A stretch of DNA of 64,000 bases from Methanobacteriota archaeon (GTDB taxonomy: Archaea; Thermoplasmatota; Poseidoniia; Poseidoniales; Thalassarchaeaceae), in contig PSPW01000001.1 of the NCBI GenBank assembly GCA_004195615.1, forward strand, positions 82,881 to 146,880, given 5' to 3'. Both the position numbers and the translations under genes were made by a program. The first letter of the stretch is position 1. Each line of letters begins with the position of its first letter. Positions 1-9,595 of the stretch are shown here, piece by piece. The notes under the pieces were generated by a model. That model saw nothing but the letters and a program-made list of their open reading frames with translations, was not told where the DNA came from and searched no databases.

Positions 1-582
1 AGTCAGATCTCGCAGAACGACATGCCACTAATAGGCGTCGTGAACGAGTACAGAGAAACGCAGGGCAAGGATCCAGTCACAGTTGAGGCTCCAGAGCTGC
101 CATTTCCACGCATCCCATACTGCGAGGCAATCGAGATCGTCAAGTCTGGAGGAGGGAAGATTCAGTGGGGTGACGACATAGGGAGCCACCATTGTGACAT
201 CATAGCCGCCCAGCACCCAGGGTTCCACTTCATCCCGCGGTGGCCCATGTCGATGAAGCCATTCTACATCCATCACAAAGAAGGCGAAGAGGGGTTCGAT
301 GGGGGACAACTAAGTCGTGGTTTCGATCTTAACTTCGGTCGGGACGAAATGACTAGCGGGGGAGCAAGGGAGCACCGAGTTGAGGTATTGGAGCAGAATC
401 TTAGGGATGTCGGCCTAGATCCCGCTGATTTCACATTCTACACGGACGGGTTTCGCTATGGCGCCCCGCCTCATGCAGGATGGGGACTAGGAGTCGCGAG
501 ATTGCTGATGGTGCTAACTGGCGCTGGCAATGTGCGAGAAGTTGTCCTTTTCCCCCGCGATAGGGGCCGAGTGACCCCCTAG
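1..582 (+). CDS. aspS: Aspartyl-tRNA synthetase (class II, archaeal type), C-terminal part. The gene continues upstream of the window.
   Basis: Class II aaRS motif 3 and C-terminal signature (PPHAGWGLGVARLLMVL...FPRDRGRVTP), plus a KPFYI motif. The reading frame is open back to position 1, so the 5' end is truncated. Confidence 0.7.
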   Translation, partial: SQISQNDMPLIGVVNEYRETQGKDPVTVEAPELPFPRIPYCEAIEIVKSGGGKIQWGDDIGSHHCDIIAAQHPGFHFIPRWPMSMKPFYIHHKEGEEGFDGGQLSRGFDLNFGRDEMTSGGAREHRVEVLEQNLRDVGLDPADFTFYTDGFRYGAPPHAGWGLGVARLLMVLTGAGNVREVVLFPRDRGRVTP

Positions 583-629
583 TCTTCAGAGTAATTAGTA
601 GTATTTATCCATGCAGTCGCCTAGGCTCG

Positions 630-1082
630 GTGATGGAGCGGGCGTCTGGACAGACAATTGTCGAGACTTTGGGTGGGCAAGACCTGAATCTCGATGGGTC
701 TGTCATCAATCTCGCAATTGTAGGGAGTAGCAGGTTCTACGACTTCGAGATATTCGAGTCGGTATTGGAAGAATGGATTTCCGAGCACACTTACCCCGAC
801 CTCATCATCGTGGGCGGGGCTAGCGGCGTGGACTACATGGCCGAGCGCTGGACTGACAACAATCTCGTACCGATAGCAATCTTCTCCGAAGAGTGGGATG
901 ACCCGCTAAGGAGCTTGGTCGACAGGAAAAGGGGCGAGGCACCCAACTCCCTCACTGAGAAGATCCTCTCTGCGGCCACTCACATCCTAGCAATGCCATC
1001 TCCTACGAGCAAATGGACCAGAGTAGTAATCGAGAGGGCGGAATCTATGGGCATTCCAACCAATGTCGTCGAAGTTGAATAG
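630..1082 (+). CDS. DUF2493 / SLOG-like Rossmann-fold protein (YspA-related)
   Basis: Pattern IVGGASGVDYMAERW...VPIAIF...W matches the DUF2493 family (GGAxGAD...W core). About 150 aa, typical for that family. Confidence 0.5.
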   Translation: MMERASGQTIVETLGGQDLNLDGSVINLAIVGSSRFYDFEIFESVLEEWISEHTYPDLIIVGGASGVDYMAERWTDNNLVPIAIFSEEWDDPLRSLVDRKRGEAPNSLTEKILSAATHILAMPSPTSKWTRVVIERAESMGIPTNVVEVE

Positions 1083-1237
1083 ACATTATTCTGAATACCG
1101 GCTATAAGACATCAATAGCAACTGGTCCGCTATGATTTAGTCCCGAGCAAAACAAGGGTCTATTCGGTTTCATGGGGAGTCCTCGTGTTACTTTTCTGGG
1201 AATAAAAAGGAGTAGTGTGATGAGGGTCCCACTTCGG

Positions 1238-2074
1238 TTAAGCCGGAGAAACCCCAAAAATGTCCAAGCAGTATCTAGTAAGGGTGACTATAAGCGCTAT
1301 TAAGAAAGGATAAGCCAGAAACTGCTGAGGAATTGTTTTGATCGCTGTCCTGGCTCCTATCCAGGCAGAGGCAAAAACAAGTAACATGGTAACTAGCATC
1401 CATGGTTCCACTGCTGGCCATATCTCCCCACTAGAGTGGTCGATTACTAAGTGAGAAAAAATGCTAGCTGGAACCAGCCAAGTCTCGATGACGTAAGAGG
1501 TCCCGGCGGCATAGTGAACCTTCCAAGTGAATAGTGAGCGGTGAAATGTGACGAACAACATCCCACCTCCAATACCTAGAAGACCGGATGCTGCCCCTCC
1601 ACCCAGACACAGAATCTTGTACCTAGTAATTACTTCAGACTCAATCTCGCGAGGTTCGATAGCCGTAATCCCGGTACCATTGGACTCTCCAGTCAACTGC
1701 TTGATAGTGCGCACAATAACCCAAACCAGTAACGATGTGGCAGCGATTTTGATTGTGAAGTCACCCACGTACTCAATCAGGTAGGCTCCGATTATCGCAC
1801 CTCCGACAGCACCAATGATAGCAGGTGCAATTGCAAACTTGCCTATTTCCATTACAGCATAACCTCCCTTGGAGTGCGCATTCCTACTCCCAATGGATAC
1901 CATCAAAACGAGAATTAGAGAGCTGATAAGTGACAGACGCATTTCCCACTCCATGACGTAAAGGAAAATCGGAACGAAAAGGACCCCGCCACCCAGACCT
2001 AGAGGAGCGAAGAAGAAAGCAGTGCATAGTATCAGCAATATCGCGATAATCGTTGTGGGTTCCATCTCTATCAT
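1238..2074 (-). CDS. TauE/SafE (TSUP) family anion exporter / permease
   Basis: Two internal repeats with Gly-rich motifs (GLGGGVLFVPIFL and GLLGIGGGMLFV) and a polytopic membrane profile. I moved the start to the internal ATG (MIEMEP...) to drop a non-membrane leader. Confidence 0.75.
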   Translation of the reverse strand: MIEMEPTTIIAILLILCTAFFFAPLGLGGGVLFVPIFLYVMEWEMRLSLISSLILVLMVSIGSRNAHSKGGYAVMEIGKFAIAPAIIGAVGGAIIGAYLIEYVGDFTIKIAATSLLVWVIVRTIKQLTGESNGTGITAIEPREIESEVITRYKILCLGGGAASGLLGIGGGMLFVTFHRSLFTWKVHYAAGTSYVIETWLVPASIFSHLVIDHSSGEIWPAVEPWMLVTMLLVFASAWIGARTAIKTIPQQFLAYPFLIALIVTLTRYCLDIFGVSPA

Positions 2075-2241
2075 CCCGTGGGCATGTAATAGTCTCAAAC
2101 GCCGGTGGGCCACTGATGAGGCATGGTCGCCCCCCCCTCCCATTCCTATCTAAAGATTGACATGTGTTCCTGCGAGGACCGCCCAAATAGATAGAGAATA
2201 CAATGCTGACGAGTACCTCGGTTGGTTTGTTACGTTCCATA

Positions 2242-2820
2242 TCAGGATACGGATTGTGGTGTGTACACCACTCGGTTCGTACCCCCCTTGTCCCCCTTGA
2301 GCGTGAAGGCCAGTAGCACACCCACGAATATTGCCATGCACGATGCTACCGAGCCGAAGCAACCCATCGCGATTACGGTAACGCCCCCTCCCATTATTTC
2401 GGCCTCCCGGATCACTACTTCGCTCCCCCCGGTGACGTCGCCTGAGAATCGCACTTTCCACTCGTCTGTCTCCATCACCTGGACGATGCCTAGAAGTCTG
2501 TAGTCAACGGATCCTTCTGTGAACCCCTTCCCGCACCAATTGTTCTCAACGCATGATACGAATCGGCTCTCCTCATCACCTCCGACAAGCGTGACATCCG
2601 CATCACGGGTCTCCTCGATGAAAACTGGGTAGAAGCTAGTGAAACTCAATTCGCCCTCGAAGGTAGCCGGGGTTTTACCCGTCCAGAAATCTTTGCCCAA
2701 TTCATCCGCCTCGCGCTCCCATACTTCCTGTTGCTGGCCAATACCGGTGTAGATTGCTCCAGCACTGACAAGGAATCCAAAGGTGCCAATGGAGAGGAGT
2801 ACGATAGTGGCCTTGTGCAC
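2242..2820 (-). CDS. Hypothetical membrane-anchored protein (N- and C-terminal TM helices with a central extracytoplasmic domain)
   Basis: Hydrophobic N-terminus (IVLLSIGTFGFLVSAGAI) and C-terminus (VIAMGCFGSVASCMAIFVGVLLAF). I recognise no known motif. Confidence 0.45.
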   Translation of the reverse strand: MHKATIVLLSIGTFGFLVSAGAIYTGIGQQQEVWEREADELGKDFWTGKTPATFEGELSFTSFYPVFIEETRDADVTLVGGDEESRFVSCVENNWCGKGFTEGSVDYRLLGIVQVMETDEWKVRFSGDVTGGSEVVIREAEIMGGGVTVIAMGCFGSVASCMAIFVGVLLAFTLKGDKGGTNRVVYTPQSVS

Positions 2821-3004
2821 GGCTCAAGTTCTTCTGTGGTCGCATTGAACCTTTTCCCGGAACAAAGAGTACCCCTTTGATTACGTAAGCATGAGAGGAA
2901 CTAAAACCAGATGTCAATCATCGGAATCAGCTCCCCTAGGGATGTAGATAGATAGGAGTGACACGATAGGTACCCTATTGTGCCGCCTTCTCTAACGATG
3001 TCAC

Positions 3005-3892
3005 ATGTCGGGATGCCTTGATGACTTTCCTCGGGAGCTAGAGCCAAACCTCTCGTGCTTATCGGATTCCCTGTCTGCCGGACCGGCATCGGGCGTACTG
3101 ATACTCGTCATCGGAGTTCCACTGATAGGAGTAATCAAGGCATACCTAAGGAAGCTGCTAGACAACGTTGACCTTGACGAGGGCCTCGAGAATTTCCTAT
3201 ACAGGATTGCTGGAGTTGGCCTTTGGGCTCTCGTAGTCCTGACCGCCGCAGACGAGTTCGGCATTAACGTGACAGGCTTGGTGGTCGGCCTAGGATTCGT
3301 TGGACTCGCTGTTGCCTTTGCGGCTCAGGATACAGTGGAAAACGTGATTGCAGGGGCCTTCATCATCATCGACAGGCCGTTCAGAGAGGGCGAGAGGATA
3401 TTGTTGCCAAAGAGCTTGGGTGGGACCTACTCCAGGTGGGGGGACGTTACTTACATCGGCCTCAGGACAACCCGGGTTAGGTCAACGGACGGAGTTCTAC
3501 TAACCATTCCGAATAAACTGCTGACAAAGGACGCAGTTGCAAACTTCAGTCACAGTTCCGATATGGAGCTCAGGGTCAGAATTAGGCTAGGCCTTACTGC
3601 CACCTGGTCGAACGTCACTAAGGCAGAGGAGATAGTGAATGATATCTCCCAGAACCACCCCGACATTGTGAACAAGCCAAAGCCTCCCGAGGTGGTCCTG
3701 AGGGGGTTCGGTGATCAGGAAGTGGTGATGGAGGTACGCTACTACGTCAACAATGCACGGAAGATGAGACCATCCAAGTCGTTCTTCGTCACAGAGATAC
3801 TCAGAAGGTTTGAGGAGGGAGGCGTGAGCCTCGCATTCCCAGTCAGGGTTAACATGAACAGCGAGGTAAACCTAGATGATCTTGGATTCTAG
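3005..3892 (+). CDS. mscS: Small-conductance mechanosensitive channel (MscS family)
   Basis: Canonical MscS TM3 and beta-domain signature GLVVGLGFVGLAVAFAAQDTVENVIAGAFIIIDRPFREGERI, with an N-terminal TM region. Confidence 0.85.
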   Translation: MSGCLDDFPRELEPNLSCLSDSLSAGPASGVLILVIGVPLIGVIKAYLRKLLDNVDLDEGLENFLYRIAGVGLWALVVLTAADEFGINVTGLVVGLGFVGLAVAFAAQDTVENVIAGAFIIIDRPFREGERILLPKSLGGTYSRWGDVTYIGLRTTRVRSTDGVLLTIPNKLLTKDAVANFSHSSDMELRVRIRLGLTATWSNVTKAEEIVNDISQNHPDIVNKPKPPEVVLRGFGDQEVVMEVRYYVNNARKMRPSKSFFVTEILRRFEEGGVSLAFPVRVNMNSEVNLDDLGF

Positions 3893-3904
3893 ATTGTTGC
3901 GACT

Positions 3905-4225
3905 ATGACATATTCCGCAATATTCGGTACCGATCTGACGTACTTACTCATAAGGGCAGAGTGCGAAATAGGATTCATGAGGCGAAGGTATCTCAACCCA
4001 CTTGTTCTGATACTGCTCCCACCGATAGGACTGATTATGGGAGCGGCCCTTGCCCAGCCACTCTCAATCATTATCTCACAAAGTGGGATTACTGATAATT
4101 ATGAAAACGGTGGGATATTTGGATTTCAAATCGGTCTATTTTGCGCAATGATTATCGTAGCGATAAGGCTTCGTAATGATATGAAGAAGACTGACAATTG
4201 GATGCGAGAATCTCATGACGTCTGA
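3905..4225 (+). CDS. Small hypothetical membrane protein
   Basis: Two predicted TM segments and lower GC than the flanking DNA. No homology recognised. Confidence 0.3.
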   Translation: MTYSAIFGTDLTYLLIRAECEIGFMRRRYLNPLVLILLPPIGLIMGAALAQPLSIIISQSGITDNYENGGIFGFQIGLFCAMIIVAIRLRNDMKKTDNWMRESHDV

Positions 4226-4250
4226 AGAGATGCCAAACTAAGGTGATAAT

Positions 4251-5312
4251 TTGTCCGATGACGATTCTTTGTTTCAACTAGGCTTGAACACATTTGGCGA
4301 TGTGTCAAGAGATGACAATGGTCAATTCGAAGAACACCATGTAGTCTTGAGGAACGTCGTTGAGGAAGCGATTCTAGCAGATAGATTGGGCTTAGATTTC
4401 TTCGGAGTTGGTGAGCACCACCGAGATGACTTCGCGATTACTGCTCCGGAAGTAGTATTGGGGGCAATAGCCAGTAGGACTGATCGAATCCACCTAGGTA
4501 CTGCCGTAACAGTACTGAACTCCGACGATCCGATAAGAGTGTACGAGAGATTTGCAACACTGGATGCACTCTCTAATGGACGGGCCGAGGTAATTCTCGG
4601 ACGTGGCTCCTTCACCGAGTCATTCCCCCTATTCGGATATAGAATGGAGGATTATGAACGGCTCTTTGAGGAGAAATTGGAAATATTCTCTCTACTGAGA
4701 AATGAAGATGAGTTTGATTGGGAAGGGACGATTCGTTCTCCTCTACACAAGCAAAGAGTATACCCCCAGACAGAACGCGGAAGTCTTCGCTCGTGGATAG
4801 GGGTTGGGGGAAGTCCAGAATCAGTTGTACGTGCCGCCCGACATGGACTGCCCCTTTGCATCGCCATCATTGGAGGGCAACCCTCAAGATTCACCCCCTT
4901 TGTAGATCTCTACCACGAAGCACTTGCCCAGTTTGAACAACCGAATCAACCCATTTCTGTACACAGCCCAGGACATATTGCTGAGACTGACGAGCAGGCT
5001 AAGGAGGAAATATGGCCTCATTATAGGGAGATGTTCGGGAGAATCGGGCGAGAAAGAGGCTGGCCACCAGTAACTTACGAGCAATTTGAGCTTGGAGTAG
5101 GCCCCCATGGTTCGATGTATGTAGGATCGCCAGAAACGGTGGCAGAGAAAATCATTAGAAACTCAAAATTGCTTCGGGCTTCTAGATTCGATTTGAAGTA
5201 TAGTAACGGTGGAATGCCCCATGACCAATTGATGAGTTCCATTGAGTTGTATGCGAAGGAAGTGGCCCCAATAGTTAGAGAGGAGATAACAGATTTCACA
5301 CCTATCCATTGA
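4251..5312 (+). CDS. LLM-class (luciferase-like) flavin/F420-dependent oxidoreductase
   Basis: TIM-barrel LLM signatures: LGLDFFGVGEHH, TAVTVLN and ILGRGS. Confidence 0.8.
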   Translation: MSDDDSLFQLGLNTFGDVSRDDNGQFEEHHVVLRNVVEEAILADRLGLDFFGVGEHHRDDFAITAPEVVLGAIASRTDRIHLGTAVTVLNSDDPIRVYERFATLDALSNGRAEVILGRGSFTESFPLFGYRMEDYERLFEEKLEIFSLLRNEDEFDWEGTIRSPLHKQRVYPQTERGSLRSWIGVGGSPESVVRAARHGLPLCIAIIGGQPSRFTPFVDLYHEALAQFEQPNQPISVHSPGHIAETDEQAKEEIWPHYREMFGRIGRERGWPPVTYEQFELGVGPHGSMYVGSPETVAEKIIRNSKLLRASRFDLKYSNGGMPHDQLMSSIELYAKEVAPIVREEITDFTPIH

Positions 5313-6268
5313 ACATAGGGTACCCTCGTGTATGTGGACGTAATGGTGAGGTTTGCTTACAACAATTATTGAATGCCCCCTCAGCATGCTTACTTCGGGT
5401 GAAGGGGATGGAATGGAAAGACGCGCCGCCCCCCGAGGATAACGAGCAAGCCATTATTGAGAACTTGGAGTCATGGGATGACTTGGCAAATGTACATGCG
5501 CAGGGTAGCGGAGCTAAATTCTATCGAATCGATCAGTGGCTCGACGGTGAGTCAAAATTAGCACCTTGGGAAATCGAAGAGGTGGGTCCGGTATCTGGAT
5601 TGAATTTACTCCACCTGCAGTGTCACATTGGTACAGATACACTGTCATGGTTCCGCGAAGGGGCAAAGGTGACTGGTCTCGATTTCTCCTCTAATGCAGT
5701 AATTGAGGCAGAGAGGTTCGCCAAACTTCTCGGTGCAGAGGACGCCCGATTTTTTGTCGGTAAAATTACAGATGCACTCGAGACTCTTGGAGGGGAAGAG
5801 TTCGATATCGTCTACACCGGAAGAGGTGCCATTTGTTGGCTCCCCAATATAGATGAGTGGGCATCAATATGCAGTAAACTAGTGAAGGAGGGAGGATTTC
5901 TCTACCTCGAGGAGTCGACTCCAATGTTCAATTCTCTGGAACCGATGGAGTTCGGTAGCCATTCACTGTTCGGAGTAAAGTACGACCTATTCAACACAGA
6001 CCCGGTTTCAGAAATGGGTCAAGGAAGCTACGCGGACCCGGATTTGCCAGGAATAAGAACGACTCACACTTGGGAGTATACGTATGGATCAATTATCAAC
6101 GCTCTCGTAGGCAACGGTTTTCGTATTGATTTCCTAAATGAACGAGATGAAACGTTTTTCAATCCGCATCCAGAAAAGTTCGTGGAATCCAGACCAAACT
6201 ACTGGACTTTTAAGGATGGTGAAATGAAATTTCCAGTCTCATTCACCCTAAAGGCAACTAGGTTGTAA
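5309..6268 (+). CDS. Class I SAM-dependent methyltransferase
   Basis: Motif I-like VTGLDFSSNAVIEAERFA plus the acidic post-I region (FDIVYTG). The real start may be the internal ATG at 5408 (MEWKD...). Confidence 0.65.
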   Translation: MNIGYPRVCGRNGEVCLQQLLNAPSACLLRVKGMEWKDAPPPEDNEQAIIENLESWDDLANVHAQGSGAKFYRIDQWLDGESKLAPWEIEEVGPVSGLNLLHLQCHIGTDTLSWFREGAKVTGLDFSSNAVIEAERFAKLLGAEDARFFVGKITDALETLGGEEFDIVYTGRGAICWLPNIDEWASICSKLVKEGGFLYLEESTPMFNSLEPMEFGSHSLFGVKYDLFNTDPVSEMGQGSYADPDLPGIRTTHTWEYTYGSIINALVGNGFRIDFLNERDETFFNPHPEKFVESRPNYWTFKDGEMKFPVSFTLKATRL

Positions 6269-6287
6269 TCGAGGGTTTATCTACAAA

Positions 6288-6494
6288 TCAATTTACATTG
6301 AATTCAGAATCTAGTTTGGAAATCGTAGCCTCAATATCCTCTATAATTTCAAAAAGTGAATTATCCCTAGTGTACACCAAGAGTTTGCTTCCGCCACCGG
6401 TCTCCTGATATGCACATATTGCATCCAACCTTATTCTCGTCATCCCACCCTCAGTCATTGCCTTGATCCAGCTTGTCATCGGGCCGGTCGCCAC
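6288..6494 (-). CDS. Hypothetical small protein (68 aa)
   Basis: The ORF sits in the low-GC island. Composition looks protein-like, but I see no motif. Confidence 0.3.
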   Translation of the reverse strand: MATGPMTSWIKAMTEGGMTRIRLDAICAYQETGGGSKLLVYTRDNSLFEIIEDIEATISKLDSEFNVN

Positions 6495-6591
6495 GTGAAT
6501 GGGATTTAGTCTATGCCCCTTTGATAACCCTATGATTCAAGATGAACTAAAGGGTAGGAAAGTGGATGCTACACTCTGAGAAACCTCGGAG

Positions 6592-7005
6592 TTATTTCGG
6601 CTTGAAGCGCTCCACGGCGGCGAACCCAGCGAAGAATCCAAGGCCAAAGGTTCCCATCTCTGATATTGATACTAGGATTGACTGGCTCTGAGCAGTGGCA
6701 TCGATGCCGATGTCAACCATCCCCAATGTAATCCTCTCCCAGTCAACAGCTACTATTCCTCTCGACTCGAGCCACTTTAACAGGGCGAATTCAATCAGGA
6801 TGAACCACTTCAGCAAATTGGTCGCCATTTTGAAGACCAGCCCGGTGACTGCCCCCACGATGAGCCCCTGGAAGGCAGCAACACCCACCTCGCCAAGGAA
6901 ACCTTCCCATAGGTCCGAGGCCGCAGACACGCTCCCCGAGAGAGGCAGCGCATTATAGGTCCCTTCTATGACAAAGGCCGCCCATGGTAGTGTAATGAGA
7001 GCCAT
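6592..7005 (-). CDS. Hypothetical membrane protein
   Basis: Three to four hydrophobic segments. Located in the low-GC island. Confidence 0.4.
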   Translation of the reverse strand: MALITLPWAAFVIEGTYNALPLSGSVSAASDLWEGFLGEVGVAAFQGLIVGAVTGLVFKMATNLLKWFILIEFALLKWLESRGIVAVDWERITLGMVDIGIDATAQSQSILVSISEMGTFGLGFFAGFAAVERFKPK

Positions 7006-7057
7006 GGATCGTTACATTTCTAATGTGACCATAATAGAACTAGGGGCATTCGATTTT

Positions 7058-8350
7058 CTATGACTCTTTACGGCGTTTATTATTGCTATAATTTCTATTC
7101 CTTCTTCTAGATCGATTTGTCTTATCAGTTTGATTTTTATTTGTCTTAAAGGTATGATTCGTTTGTTTATTTACCTTTATTTTACCTGGTTTTTGATTAG
7201 GTTTTGGTATCGCCTTTGCGAAATGGTATCGATGATCGTCAATAACGGGAATTGTTTTTCCTATGAGTCTTTGAATACCGACCAAATAACCGCTTTCACT
7301 ATCATCACAAAATGCAAACGCCACTCCGCTCTTCCCAGCACGTGCAGTCCTCCCGATTCTGTGAACATAACTTTCAGGCTCATTGGGCAAGTCATAGTTG
7401 AAGACATGTGTAACCCCGTCTACATCGATTCCTCGGCTAGCGATATCTGTAGCAACTAGTAGCGGCACGCGTCCCTGTTTGAATCTTTCAAGTGCCTTTG
7501 TCCGTGCACCTTGGCTCTTATTGCCGTGTATTGCTAAAGCATTGATTCCTGCCTTATCGAGTTGTTTTACTAATCTGTTGGCACCATGTTTTGTACGTGT
7601 AAAGATTATGCCCCTCTTTACCTTATTTTCTTTAACAATATCAACAATTAGTTTACGTTTGTCTTCCTTCCGAACAAATAAAACTGATTGTTCTATTTTA
7701 TCAACAGTTATTTCCTTAGGGCTTAAATCTATCATTTCGGCATTATTGAGGAAAGATTTAGCCAAATCTGCTATCGAAGAAGGCATTGTCGCGCTAAAAA
7801 GGAGATTTTGTCTTCTCTTAGGTAGTATCGCCAATATTTTTTTGATATCCCTGATGAATCCCATATCGAGCATTCTATCTGCTTCATCTAATACGAAAAA
7901 TTCGATGTAATTGAGATCTATGTGTCCTTGTTGCATTAGGTCTAGAAGTCTTCCAGGCGTAGCAACCAAGACATCGATACCTCTCCTCAATGATTGAACC
8001 TGTGGCTTCTGACTGACTCCTCCGAAAATGACCTTGTGCCGAATCTCAATAAATTGGCTGTAAACAGAGAATCGCTGATCGATTTGCGCTGCTAATTCTC
8101 TTGTTGGAGAAAGTATAAGCGCACTAATATGACGTTTCTTAGGAGTATCCCTTTGCAATAATTTTTGTAATATTGGCAAGGCGAATGCAGCGGTCTTTCC
8201 TGTTCCCGTTTGTGCCACTCCGAGCAAATCCTTACCATCTAGCAACAGAGGAATACCCATAGCTTGTACCGGTGTTGGGTGAGTGTATCCTTCAAGATTA
8301 ATTGCACGAAGTAATTTATTGGATAACCCCAAAGATTCGAAATTTGACAT
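7058..8350 (-). CDS. DEAD-box ATP-dependent RNA helicase with a Lys/Asn/Arg-rich C-terminal tail
   Basis: Q-motif region (F..LGL...GYTHPTPVQ) and motif I (AQTGTGKTAAF). DEAD, SAT and HRIGRTARAG motifs are all present. The second ATG (8350) has an AGAGGG SD-like element 8 nt upstream. Gene GC is about 40%, against about 58% in the flanks. Confidence 0.9.
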   Translation of the reverse strand: MSNFESLGLSNKLLRAINLEGYTHPTPVQAMGIPLLLDGKDLLGVAQTGTGKTAAFALPILQKLLQRDTPKKRHISALILSPTRELAAQIDQRFSVYSQFIEIRHKVIFGGVSQKPQVQSLRRGIDVLVATPGRLLDLMQQGHIDLNYIEFFVLDEADRMLDMGFIRDIKKILAILPKRRQNLLFSATMPSSIADLAKSFLNNAEMIDLSPKEITVDKIEQSVLFVRKEDKRKLIVDIVKENKVKRGIIFTRTKHGANRLVKQLDKAGINALAIHGNKSQGARTKALERFKQGRVPLLVATDIASRGIDVDGVTHVFNYDLPNEPESYVHRIGRTARAGKSGVAFAFCDDSESGYLVGIQRLIGKTIPVIDDHRYHFAKAIPKPNQKPGKIKVNKQTNHTFKTNKNQTDKTNRSRRRNRNYSNNKRRKES

Positions 8351-8607
8351 CGACAACCCTCTCATTAAACAAGACGAAATGCAGTATCACGCAGGAGCCA
8401 GTACAACCATTCGACTCATGCATCTCCTAAAATCCCACCGTGGCACCAATAGGTATCCATCGACCTAATTCCTACTCCTCACCATAATGCTTGCATCACC
8501 TTAGGTAGCGTGATGAATGCCTACGAAAATCTCTATTGGTTTGTTGCGCATTGATGTGAAATCGGTGCTACCAAGCCAGTAATAACTTCGTCACTTAACG
8601 GTATACC

Positions 8608-9573
8608 GTGGAGTTCTACACTGGAGCATGCATGGTTTGCATCGGCGTCTATCTTTTTTGGGAACCAAGCTATGGAAGAAAGCCTACTCCGTCATCGGAA
8701 TCGGCGACGTCTAGAGCAAAGGATTCTGGGGCACTAAGTCAGACAGTACGTCAGGTGGCACGGATGACGATTAGGCCAACCTTCCTCCCCACCAGAGGGC
8801 TTCGAATCTACAGGGCCTTCGCATTTATCGGAGCTTTTTTTGGTTTCGTGGCCTCTAAATTGGTAATTTCTAATCCTTACATTTCTAACGAAGTCTCTCC
8901 GAGTGTTATTCTGTGGATATGTGTGGCGATTGGCTCATTCCTTGGTTACATTTTACCTCGAGTTGCTGAGAACTACATAGTGGTCCTAGGTCCTCCGGTC
9001 ACAGTAGTATTGACTTACGAATATCTGTTGTACGAGAGAGGTATCGATTTGCTAGAATTAGTTGTGGAAATCCCCTTTATTCCGGAAATCTCCCATTCTC
9101 TTCTTTCCGGTTTCTTTCTGGTCTCGACAACTTTCCTCACTTTGACCTTCAGGATGTACTTGAGACAGGCCATCCCAATCCTCATGTCTGGGTTATTGTC
9201 TGGGGGGCTGATTGGTAATGGAGTCTCCATAATCCAATCTAGGTCATTTCCACTATCTTCAGCAGAAATTGAATTTCATATCTCCGCCATAGTCGCAATG
9301 TGCAGCATCACTTCCCAGATTTACGTCAGATATTATCGGAGGGAGAGGGGTATCAAGAAGCAGAAGGCGGAAGACCGAGAAAGGCGACTAGTCAAGAGGT
9401 CGGGGGACGTTGTGATATTGAGATGCCCTTCTTGCAACAAAGAGGCCCAGCACGTAGTTGTGACTAGGAAAGTGACGGAGAGGGGAGTGGAGTTGATGGT
9501 GAATTGTAGGTGGTTGAATCAATTTGACGAGGTGTGCAATTTCCACCACACGGTGATTGAATCGACTGGCTGA
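8608..9573 (+). CDS. Hypothetical polytopic membrane protein with a C-terminal C4-type zinc-ribbon
   Basis: Five to six TM segments, then a basic linker (RRERGIKKQKAEDRERR) and CPSC...(20 aa)...CRW...C..H. The table start is GTG, so the real start may be an internal ATG. Confidence 0.45.
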   Translation: MEFYTGACMVCIGVYLFWEPSYGRKPTPSSESATSRAKDSGALSQTVRQVARMTIRPTFLPTRGLRIYRAFAFIGAFFGFVASKLVISNPYISNEVSPSVILWICVAIGSFLGYILPRVAENYIVVLGPPVTVVLTYEYLLYERGIDLLELVVEIPFIPEISHSLLSGFFLVSTTFLTLTFRMYLRQAIPILMSGLLSGGLIGNGVSIIQSRSFPLSSAEIEFHISAIVAMCSITSQIYVRYYRRERGIKKQKAEDRERRLVKRSGDVVILRCPSCNKEAQHVVVTRKVTERGVELMVNCRWLNQFDEVCNFHHTVIESTG

Positions 9574-9595
9574 ATGGGCGTGGTCGCAATGCCGT

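Noticed and set aside
8283-8468. 61-aa plus-strand ORF in the DEAD-box helicase upstream region
   Set aside because: It overlaps the helicase start and leader on the opposite strand, has a GTG start and shows no conservation signal. It is more likely a non-coding leader or promoter region.
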